The notes beneath the pieces are model-generated. The model did not search any database and was not told where the DNA came from. It saw only the letters and a list, made by a program, of their open reading frames with translations. Made by a program: the position numbers and the translations under genes. This document shows positions 56,817 through 64,000 of a stretch of 64,000 nucleotides of DNA, one piece after another (the stretch's first letter is position 1; the number at the start of each line of letters is the position of its first letter). Source of the stretch: Spirochaetia bacterium (GTDB lineage: Bacteria; Spirochaetota; Spirochaetia; WRBN01); contig JBOFFX010000018.1 in NCBI GenBank assembly GCA_051648825.1, forward strand, positions 26,317-90,316, written 5' to 3'.

Positions 56817-57736
56817 GAATTTTTCAAAAACCAATCATAGGATCTTTTTAGACCCTCTTTTAAGGAGATTTTTGCCTTAAACCCAGTGGCATTGAGTTTG
56901 CTGACATCTAGGAGTTTGCGAGGGGTCCCATCAGGCTTGGTGGTATCCCAAATAATGTCTTTTTGGTGGCCCACAATATTTTGAATCAATAAAGCAAGTT
57001 CCTTAATGCTCAAATCTTCTCCTACGCCTAGGTTAATATGACTCTCTTCGCTGTAATGATTCATTAGGTAGATTAGCGCATCAGCAAGGTCATCAACATA
57101 CAGAAATTCTCGCCGAGGGTTGCCTGTTCCCCACAGTGTGACATTCGCGCCTTGCTGTTTAGCTTCATGAAATTTGCGGATCATGGCTGGAATAACATGG
57201 CTACTTTGTAGATCAAAATTATCTCCAGGTCCATAGAGGTTGGTGGGCATTGCACTAATAAAGGCACATCCGTATTGACGACGATAAAACTGGCACATTT
57301 TCAGGCCTGCAATTTTTGCAATCGCATAAGCTTCATTGGTAGGTTCTAGTGCACCTGTTAGCAGATATTCTTCCTTGATTGGCTGTTGTGCAAGTTTGGG
57401 ATAAATGCAACTAGAACCCAAAAATAGGAGTTTTTTCACATGGTGAAGATAAGCGGCATGGATGACATTAGATGCAATCACCAAGTTGTCATAAATAAAC
57501 TCAGCAGGATACGTATTGTTGGCCAAAATGCCCCCCACCTTGGCAGCAGCCAATAACACATAGTCGGGCTTTTCTATGGCAAAAAAATCCAACACAGCGG
57601 ATTGGTTTTTAAGATCTAATGCATCGATTGTCTGATAAATAATATTGTGATAACCTTGGCGATTTAAAGCACGTATGATAGAGGATCCCACAAGGCCCAG
57701 ATGTCCAGCCACATAGATTTTTGAGTCTTTATTCAT
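56813..57736 (-). CDS. fcl: GDP-L-fucose synthase (GDP-4-keto-6-deoxymannose epimerase/reductase)
   Basis: 307 aa. It has the SDR N-terminus [14 protein letters not shown], the YAIAK catalytic block and colinearity with E. coli Fcl/WcaG. Confidence 0.88.
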   Translation of the reverse strand: MNKDSKIYVAGHLGLVGSSIIRALNRQGYHNIIYQTIDALDLKNQSAVLDFFAIEKPDYVLLAAAKVGGILANNTYPAEFIYDNLVIASNVIHAAYLHHVKKLLFLGSSCIYPKLAQQPIKEEYLLTGALEPTNEAYAIAKIAGLKMCQFYRRQYGCAFISAMPTNLYGPGDNFDLQSSHVIPAMIRKFHEAKQQGANVTLWGTGNPRREFLYVDDLADALIYLMNHYSEESHINLGVGEDLSIKELALLIQNIVGHQKDIIWDTTKPDGTPRKLLDVSKLNATGFKAKISLKEGLKRSYDWFLKNS

Positions 57737-57786
57737 GCTTTAAGATTAGCATAACTAAAGAGCATCAACAAGAGATAAGGACTCAC

Positions 57787-58794
57787 TTACCAGTAGCAAC
57801 CATTTTCTACTTTTTTAAATCCTAAAGGCCGCTCTTCTTCTGATGGATGAATCCATGCATCATTTTTGAGTGTTTGCCAGATAGGATTTTTTTCTAAAAA
57901 ATTACCTACAATACCAAATAAGTATTGAAGATCTCCCCCCATATGAACGGCTTTTTTCCCCATTTTTTTGATATGTGCAGCGAGGTTGAATCCATACGCA
58001 CCACATCCAATGAGGGCGATATCAAAATCTATCTTATTGATCTGAGTTTTCATATGATCCAGCGCATCAAACCATGTTTCAAAAGGGGGTTCTTGATCCC
58101 CCAGGCTTTGTACAGCCTGTAAGACTTTTAAGTCAAAGAGTGGAAGAACCTGGGTTCCAGGAAAAATTTTTGTACGTTTTGTTGTGTATTGTTGCTCAAT
58201 GGATTGCGCAAAAGGATGCACGACAAGGACTTTTTTGCCCTCTAGCACACGTGTCCATGGCATCTCCTGTTTCCACAAAAAAGAACCCAGGCAAAATGGA
58301 ATAAAGGTCGATTTTTCTAGCAAATGGTGAAAAACCCGCTCCTCTGCTGTCCACGAGGCCAAAATATTACATTCTGGTATATCTTGTAGGCATAGGTTGT
58401 AGTATTTGAGAAGCAAAGGGCGAGTAAGGGGAAAAAATCCAGCATTGATTTTCATTCCCCGTAAGATATATTGTGTTTCTAAAAAAAAACCATCATTTTT
58501 CCAAAGTAGGAAATCTTGCATTTTTTTTAACAAAGATTTTTTTTCTAACATAAAATAAATACGCACCAATGTGGAGATTTCAATACGACCAAAACGTGCA
58601 ATCATACATGGTTCTGGTGCTTGCAACGTTTCTTCGATTAGCAAGAGTGCGTCTTGAGTACACAGCTGTGAATAAGAGTGGTGTTTTCCAAAGGGAATGC
58701 TACGATTGATGTGAGAAACAATAGGGGTGTGTAGCAGGGTCACACGAGTTAAGGTTACGATTTTACGTAAAACGCGTAATAAAAATGCAGACAA
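57787..58794 (-). CDS. hypothetical protein in the GDP-fucose locus (candidate glycosyltransferase)
   Basis: 335 aa. The TTG start is preceded by GGGGAG with a 6-nt spacer, 17 nt after the gmd stop. The blocks ARFGRIE and ALIGCGAYGFNLAAHIKKMGKKAVHMGGD loosely recall GT-D/DUF1792-type enzymes, but the assignment is weak. Confidence 0.3.
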   Translation of the reverse strand: MSAFLLRVLRKIVTLTRVTLLHTPIVSHINRSIPFGKHHSYSQLCTQDALLLIEETLQAPEPCMIARFGRIEISTLVRIYFMLEKKSLLKKMQDFLLWKNDGFFLETQYILRGMKINAGFFPLTRPLLLKYYNLCLQDIPECNILASWTAEERVFHHLLEKSTFIPFCLGSFLWKQEMPWTRVLEGKKVLVVHPFAQSIEQQYTTKRTKIFPGTQVLPLFDLKVLQAVQSLGDQEPPFETWFDALDHMKTQINKIDFDIALIGCGAYGFNLAAHIKKMGKKAVHMGGDLQYLFGIVGNFLEKNPIWQTLKNDAWIHPSEEERPLGFKKVENGCYW

Positions 58795-58811
58795 AATAGT
58801 CTCCCCTGTGT

Positions 58812-59867
58812 TTATTTTTCTTGGGCCAGATCGTGTTGGACCATTTTTTTGACAAGATCTTCAAAGGATGTTTTGCGAGGATTCCACCCTAGCACAGTTT
58901 TGGCCTTTGTGGGATCTCCTAGCAACTGCTCGACTTCAGCAGGCCTGAAATAGGCTGGATCAATTTCAATGAGAGTTTGTTGCGTTTTTTTATTGATACC
59001 CTTTTCGTTCACACCAGATCCGCTAAATTCTAGTTCGATGCCAGCTTCCCTGAAAGCGAGTAGGCAAAATTCTCTTACAGTATGCATTTCTCCAGTGGCA
59101 ATAACAAAATCCTCGGCTGTTTTGTGTTGCAAAATCATCCACATACATTCAACATAATCAGGTGCATACCCCCAATCTCTTTGTGCATCCAGATTGCCCA
59201 GATAGAGTTTTTCTTGCTTGCCAGCAAGGATGCGTGCCACAGCAAGGGTAATTTTGCGCGTAACGAAAGTTTCGCCTCTGCGCTGGGATTCATGGTTAAA
59301 AAGAATGCCGTTACAGGCAAACATATTATAGCTTTCGCGGTAGTTTTTTGTGATCCAAAATCCATAAAGCTTAGCAACGCCGTAGGGGCTGCGAGGATAA
59401 AATGGAGTCTTTTCAGTTTGGGGAACTTCTTGAACAAGGCCATAGAGTTCGCTAGTACTGGCTTGATAAATCTTTGTTGATTTTTCCATGCCAAGCAGGC
59501 GTACCGCTTCCAAAATCCGCAATGTTCCCAGTGCGTCTACATCAGCGGTATATTCTGGGATATCAAAGCTCACTTTTACATGGCTTTGTGCGGCTAAGTT
59601 ATAGATTTCATTGGGTTGTATTTTTTGAATTAATTGGACGATATTCAGCGAATCTGTGAGATCCCCATAGTGAATAAAAATATTTTTTTTCAGTCGAATA
59701 TCTTTGATCGCATCGTCTATGTACAAATGTTCAATACGTTGAGTATTAAAACTGGAAGATCGCCGAATAATACCATGCACAGCATACCCTTTCTCTAGTA
59801 AAAACTCTGCTAGATAAGAACCATCTTGACCCGTAATTCCCGTAATTAGGGCAATTTTTTGTGACAC
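58812..59867 (-). CDS. gmd: GDP-mannose 4,6-dehydratase
   Basis: The GTG at 59867 with GGAGG 5 nt upstream gives the N-terminus [27 protein letters not shown]. The protein is strongly Gmd-like throughout. Confidence 0.92.
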   Translation of the reverse strand: MSQKIALITGITGQDGSYLAEFLLEKGYAVHGIIRRSSSFNTQRIEHLYIDDAIKDIRLKKNIFIHYGDLTDSLNIVQLIQKIQPNEIYNLAAQSHVKVSFDIPEYTADVDALGTLRILEAVRLLGMEKSTKIYQASTSELYGLVQEVPQTEKTPFYPRSPYGVAKLYGFWITKNYRESYNMFACNGILFNHESQRRGETFVTRKITLAVARILAGKQEKLYLGNLDAQRDWGYAPDYVECMWMILQHKTAEDFVIATGEMHTVREFCLLAFREAGIELEFSGSGVNEKGINKKTQQTLIEIDPAYFRPAEVEQLLGDPTKAKTVLGWNPRKTSFEDLVKKMVQHDLAQEK

Positions 59868-59933
59868 AAAGACCTCCAAATATACTTGTGATATTATCAC
59901 AAATTTGCTTGAATTGGCAAGAATAAGAAGATC

Positions 59934-61628
59934 TTAGGGCGTGCTATTAGTCAGGGGAGGTATTTTTGCTTGCACATAGGCTAAGATTCCTTCATAGATC
60001 ATCTGGGTATCTTTTTCTCGTTGTTCTGCAGAAATCATTTCTTTAGCTTCACCTATAGCGGGATTACGCACTTCTAGTAATAGTGCTGCAGGAGAGGGGT
60101 TATTAGTTAGCACAAAGTATTCATCCTTGATAATTTTCCCTCGTTTTTGTGCATTAATAATAGAATTTGCAAGTGCATAGGTTTCAGTAGTGGCTCGATT
60201 GTGGACTGCAACAAGCCCCTTGGGAGAGTGGGGGCTTGAGTCATGATGAATACTAATCCACAAGCGTTTTTCAGCAGGAGTACTGCCAAAAAACTCTTTG
60301 CCAATTTTGACTCTTTCTGCAATGCCCGTACGTCCACCAATGGGTCTAAAGTTGATATGAGGATCATTATAGACTTCATTTTTTTCATTTTCAAAGAACT
60401 GTAATTCACTTTCTTCACGAATAAGATTATTAGGAGAAATAATAGAGAGTGCAACATGGGCGCCATGCCGCTTAAGAAGGCGATACAGGCGCAAAGAGAT
60501 ATCGTAGTTAAATTCGTCTTCGACCAAATATTGCGCTTTTTTATCTGTGTTGATCCTGACTACTGCCCCCGGGTCTTGGCCCCCATGGCCTGGGTCAATC
60601 ATAATTGCATATCCTTCTAGTTCACGCCCAAGTATGGGCATGGCCAAGATTTCATGATTAAAGACTTCTAACAGATTGGAAGCGAGAAAAAAATCCTCAT
60701 GTACACTACGGCGCACATTTTCTTGGTATGTGAGTTGTGGATCAACAAATGGTTCAAATCGAGAAGGATCTGTGATGGGGGGTTTTTGTATTGGAGATTG
60801 CATGGTCAAGAGGGTTTCTGGGGCAGTTGTAGGTTGTTTTTTCTGCACAGCAGAGAGAGTGGCCCATGTTTGTTGGGCAAGTGACACGATTTTAGAACTT
60901 GTCTCGGCAACAATATTTTTTTGGATTTTTTTTGCAATAGTTTGGACGGGCAAGCTGTGAAAGTCGACCATCTGATTGCTATAAAGAAGTAGGTATTGCC
61001 CTGGTTCAATACGATCACTATTAAGCGCATTATATTCAACGAGTTGATCTTCAGAGAGTGAAAATTGTGAAGCAACTGAGGCCAAGGTATCTGACTGTTG
61101 TACCAAGTAGTCCGGTGGCCGTGTTTGTGTAAGATGCACAATCGTACCTTTTGGCAAAATTGGAGAGGAAAGGTCATTAAATCGCATTAAGTCCCACTGT
61201 GGAACATCATACAAGTGGCTGATATCACTGAGAGTTTCCATTTTTTTTCTTACAAGATGTGTGCGCCCCAAGGTTGCATTTTGGGGGACAATAATAACTT
61301 GCCCTGGAGGTAGGCGCTGATCAGGAGAGAGAAGATTTATCTCATTGATGCGTTCTCTAGAGACTAAAAACTTTTTTGAAAGAGAGTAGGGGGTATCTCC
61401 AGGTTTGATACGGTAATAAGGAAAAGGTGGTACAGAAAAAAACCAAATAAGCCAAATAAGTGTAATAGAAGAGACAATAGAAAGCGGCAAAATATAGGTA
61501 CGCTTGGGGGCGGATGGGGTTTTTTTCTTATGTGTAATGGAGGAAGAGGGGGGGGGTATTTTTCTTAGGTATCCAGGGTAGGGGGACTGATGTGGAATTT
61601 TCTTTTTTCGAAGAGTTGGCCGTCGCAT
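59934..61628 (-). CDS. N-acetylmuramoyl-L-alanine amidase (Amidase_3) with N-terminal TM anchor and three LysM-like repeats
   Basis: 564 aa. The LysM-like segments are YRIKPGDTPYSLSKKF, LVRKKMETLSDISHLYDV and YLVQQSDTLASVASQF. The catalytic domain begins IMIDPGHGGQDPGAV. Confidence 0.85.
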   Translation of the reverse strand: MRRPTLRKKKIPHQSPYPGYLRKIPPPSSSITHKKKTPSAPKRTYILPLSIVSSITLIWLIWFFSVPPFPYYRIKPGDTPYSLSKKFLVSRERINEINLLSPDQRLPPGQVIIVPQNATLGRTHLVRKKMETLSDISHLYDVPQWDLMRFNDLSSPILPKGTIVHLTQTRPPDYLVQQSDTLASVASQFSLSEDQLVEYNALNSDRIEPGQYLLLYSNQMVDFHSLPVQTIAKKIQKNIVAETSSKIVSLAQQTWATLSAVQKKQPTTAPETLLTMQSPIQKPPITDPSRFEPFVDPQLTYQENVRRSVHEDFFLASNLLEVFNHEILAMPILGRELEGYAIMIDPGHGGQDPGAVVRINTDKKAQYLVEDEFNYDISLRLYRLLKRHGAHVALSIISPNNLIREESELQFFENEKNEVYNDPHINFRPIGGRTGIAERVKIGKEFFGSTPAEKRLWISIHHDSSPHSPKGLVAVHNRATTETYALANSIINAQKRGKIIKDEYFVLTNNPSPAALLLEVRNPAIGEAKEMISAEQREKDTQMIYEGILAYVQAKIPPLTNSTP

Positions 61629-61686
61629 TTTATCCTTTTATCGTAGAATTTTGGCCAGAGATTAGCGAAAAATAAGGGCTATTTTT

Positions 61687-62796
61687 CTAGTTGTTAAACT
61701 TAAAAAATAACACATCCCCATCTTTGACCAAATAATCTTTGCCTTCTTGTCGTAGTTTGCCCTTGGCCTTAATTTCTGCCTCATTTTTCAAGACAAAGAG
61801 ATCTTCACAGTTGTAAGCTTCTGCACGAATAAATCCTTTCTCAAAGTCTGTATGAATATATCCTGCAGCTCTTGGGGCAGTATCACCATCTTTAAATGTC
61901 CAGGCACGATTTTCTGAGCCACCCACAGTAAAGAAGGTACGCAATCCCAACATATGATAGCTAGCTTTGGCTAATTGCTCTAGGCCAGTGACAGAAATGC
62001 CCGCCTCTTCTAGAAACATAGTACGATCTTCTAGTGTTTCTAGCTGGCTGATTTCAGCCTCTAACTTGCCACACAAGACAATAACGGGTAGATCGTGATT
62101 TTTGGCATAGTCACGCACTGTTTTTACAAGAGCATTTTCCTCTTTAATGCCGGCTTCATCTACATTACATACCAGGATTTCTTTTTTCATAGTGATCAAA
62201 AATAGCTCAGCAATCAGGACAAGGTCCTCCTCTGAGAGTTCGAGGGTGCGTGCGACTTTTCCAGACTCTAGGTGGGCCTTGATGCGCTGTAGCGCGGGGA
62301 TTTCATGTTTTGCTTTGTCTGCGACTTTTTTATCTGGATTGCGTAAGAGTTTTTGATTTTTATTAATACGATTTTCCAAGGTTTCCATATCTGCCAGTAT
62401 GAGTTCTAAGGTGATGATTTCTATATCACGAATAGGATCTACTTTGCCTGCCACATGAATGACATCATCATCTTCAAAGCATCGTACAACATGTGCAATC
62501 ATCCCTGTTTGGCGAATATTAGCTAAAAATTTATTGCCCAGCCCCTCTCCCTTGGAGGCACCCTCAACAAGCCCGGCAATATCAACAAATTCGATTGTGG
62601 CCGAAATTTTTTTATCTGCAGGGATCATTGTATGAATACGATCTAGGCGTTCATCAGGTACGCTGACAATGCCATGATTAGGTTCGATGGTACAAAATGG
62701 ATAATTTGCTGCTTGAGCAGGGGCATTGGAAAGACTAGAAAAAATAGTTGATTTTCCCACATTTGGCAATCCGACAATTCCACAGTTTAAAGCCAT
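61687..62796 (-). CDS. ychF: ribosome-binding ATPase YchF
   Basis: 369 aa with the G1 motif GIVGLPNVGKST, DIAGLVEGAS and a C-terminal TGS-like domain. Confidence 0.93.
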   Translation of the reverse strand: MALNCGIVGLPNVGKSTIFSSLSNAPAQAANYPFCTIEPNHGIVSVPDERLDRIHTMIPADKKISATIEFVDIAGLVEGASKGEGLGNKFLANIRQTGMIAHVVRCFEDDDVIHVAGKVDPIRDIEIITLELILADMETLENRINKNQKLLRNPDKKVADKAKHEIPALQRIKAHLESGKVARTLELSEEDLVLIAELFLITMKKEILVCNVDEAGIKEENALVKTVRDYAKNHDLPVIVLCGKLEAEISQLETLEDRTMFLEEAGISVTGLEQLAKASYHMLGLRTFFTVGGSENRAWTFKDGDTAPRAAGYIHTDFEKGFIRAEAYNCEDLFVLKNEAEIKAKGKLRQEGKDYLVKDGDVLFFKFNN

Positions 62797-62889
62797 AAGC
62801 CCCCCCCATTCTTGCGTGATTTTACCAGTATTTGCAAAAAATAGGAAGAGCTATAGGCTATTAAACTGATAGGGGATCAAAAATAGTAT

Positions 62890-63462
62890 TTAGTTGCGAT
62901 AGCGCCCCTTTAGTGTATAGCTAGCCAAGATGTGGCCATTCATTTTTTCATACATTTCATTCATGAAAAAGCCATTTTTAAGATCAAGCATGGTGTCCAG
63001 CGCATAAACATGTATTTCATAGGTGTGTGGCTTGTCTGGAGGTGCCATGCCGCCATAAAAACTTGAGAGTGCGGGGCTTTGGCTACCACCTTGCATGCTC
63101 ATCCAGCTATTGACGCCCTGCACAAAGTCTGTGGCAGTTTGGCTTTCATTTTCCAAAATCTGTGTGCGTGTGATATTGGCCGCAGTCCAATGAACCCATG
63201 AGAATCCTCCGCTGACAGGAAATGCATCTTTGTCTTCTAGCATGATAGCATAGGAGACGGTGCCTGCTGGGGCATTGTGAATCTGGAGTGGCAAAGAATA
63301 AGTGGGCATTCCATTTTCGTTGAATTGTTGACCATGTTTACCATAGGGGTCTGCAATTGTGCCATTGACAATTCCCGTGCTCGAGACAGTCATTTGGGAT
63401 TCTGTGGCAATTTGGCAACCCAATACCGTAAACAGTGACGTAAGCATGAATAATTTACTCAT
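62890..63462 (-). CDS. YbhB/YbcL (PEBP) family lipoprotein
   Basis: 190 aa with lipobox VLGC and the PEBP-type blocks YAIMLEDKDA and WVHWTAANI. Confidence 0.75.
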   Translation of the reverse strand: MSKLFMLTSLFTVLGCQIATESQMTVSSTGIVNGTIADPYGKHGQQFNENGMPTYSLPLQIHNAPAGTVSYAIMLEDKDAFPVSGGFSWVHWTAANITRTQILENESQTATDFVQGVNSWMSMQGGSQSPALSSFYGGMAPPDKPHTYEIHVYALDTMLDLKNGFFMNEMYEKMNGHILASYTLKGRYRN

Positions 63463-63540
63463 AATAATTCCTTCCTTTTTGCTAAAAATTGCTGTTGATC
63501 AAGCAGTCTGGAAGTATATTAGATCGCCAAAACAGTCCCG

Positions 63541-63933
63541 TCAATTACCGACTTTTTTGTGGGTATCACAAGATAAAAGCCCCTTGGCCTCTAAGGACTC
63601 ATGCATCCCCCAGTCTAGCATCATTTGGATGCCGATTTTTTGCATAATCTCTAGCGCTGCCAAGATGGGTTCACCACGCTCTTTAGTCAAAAAATATTCT
63701 ACACGCAAGGGATATCCAGCAAAAGAAATTTTATCAACAAATCCATCATGAATGAGCGCAGCCAAATGCTCAAGTAACATTTTTTGGGTAATGCCATTAA
63801 TTTCTTTTTCTAGCTGAGAAAGAGATGTCTTACCTAGGCGCAATCTCCACAAAATGATGCTTTTCCACTTGCCCTTGATCATGTCGTGCACAAGCTCTAG
63901 TGGGCAAGTATAGATTTTGCGAATTTTCATCAT
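63541..63933 (-). CDS. HxlR-family winged-helix transcriptional regulator
   Basis: 130 aa with the typical HxlR start CPLELVHDMIKGKWKSIILWRL and the YPLRVEY wing region. Confidence 0.85.
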   Translation of the reverse strand: MMKIRKIYTCPLELVHDMIKGKWKSIILWRLRLGKTSLSQLEKEINGITQKMLLEHLAALIHDGFVDKISFAGYPLRVEYFLTKERGEPILAALEIMQKIGIQMMLDWGMHESLEAKGLLSCDTHKKVGN

Positions 63934-64000
63934 CCCCCCTTTTTTTGATAAAAAAAGCCACCTGTCAGGCCGTTTTTAATCTTAAGAAAATTTTTAATAA

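Noticed and set aside
1-64000. Search for CRISPR arrays, insertion sequences, integrases, prophage genes, rRNA and tRNA genes.
   Set aside because: By eye I saw no regularly spaced direct repeats, transposase or integrase-like ORFs, phage structural genes or tRNA-like T-arm sequences other than the tmRNA. The intergenic regions are too short to hide them.

Overview
This window reads as ordinary chromosome from a diderm bacterium (LptF/G-type LPS export permeases, a full TonB system). It is moderately AT-rich by eye; I did not compute composition. Coding density is high and most genes are on the minus strand. From left to right the recognisable content is:
- tgt with two tandem secreted serine hydrolases, a small outer-membrane protein, and a DRGH-type non-specific nuclease with a small helical partner.
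- An 8-gene TonB-dependent uptake operon (exbB-exbD-tonB-receptor-binding protein-2 permeases-ATPase).
- tmRNA (ssrA), sbcCD, an exported GH3 hexosaminidase-like enzyme, nagB and a RecB-like helicase-nuclease.
- A four-gene lipoprotein cluster of unknown function.
- dut, an exported beta-propeller protein and lptF/lptG, then holA.
- A GlcNAc/glucose-type PTS: an EIICB gene plus a gene for an EIIA-HPr-EI fusion.
- The arginine deiminase operon (arcA, arcB, a YfcC-family carrier, arcC).
- The replication-origin neighbourhood: an NFACT protein, a DUF721/DciA-like protein, recF, dnaN, dnaA, with perfect DnaA boxes on both sides of dnaA.
- ung, murI, a GDP-fucose/UDP-glucuronate glycan locus, a LysM amidase, ychF, a PEBP-family lipoprotein and an HxlR regulator.

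I found no transposase, integrase, prophage, CRISPR array or recognisable defence system. Gene content is reminiscent of spirochaete-like genomes, but that is only an impression and taxonomy cannot be set from here.

The best candidates for something undescribed are:
- The lipoprotein cluster at 25.4-29.9 kb: a GH13-like protein that looks catalytically degenerate, followed by three FN3-like paralogs.
- A perfect 52-bp palindrome at a convergent gene junction, whose 16-bp core recurs 1.1 kb away.
- A small ORF ending in LAA that sits inside the apparently bipartite origin.
- An unassigned gene wedged between gmd and fcl.
- An exported propeller protein translationally coupled to lptF/lptG.

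None of these is strong evidence of a new system without database and structure searches.
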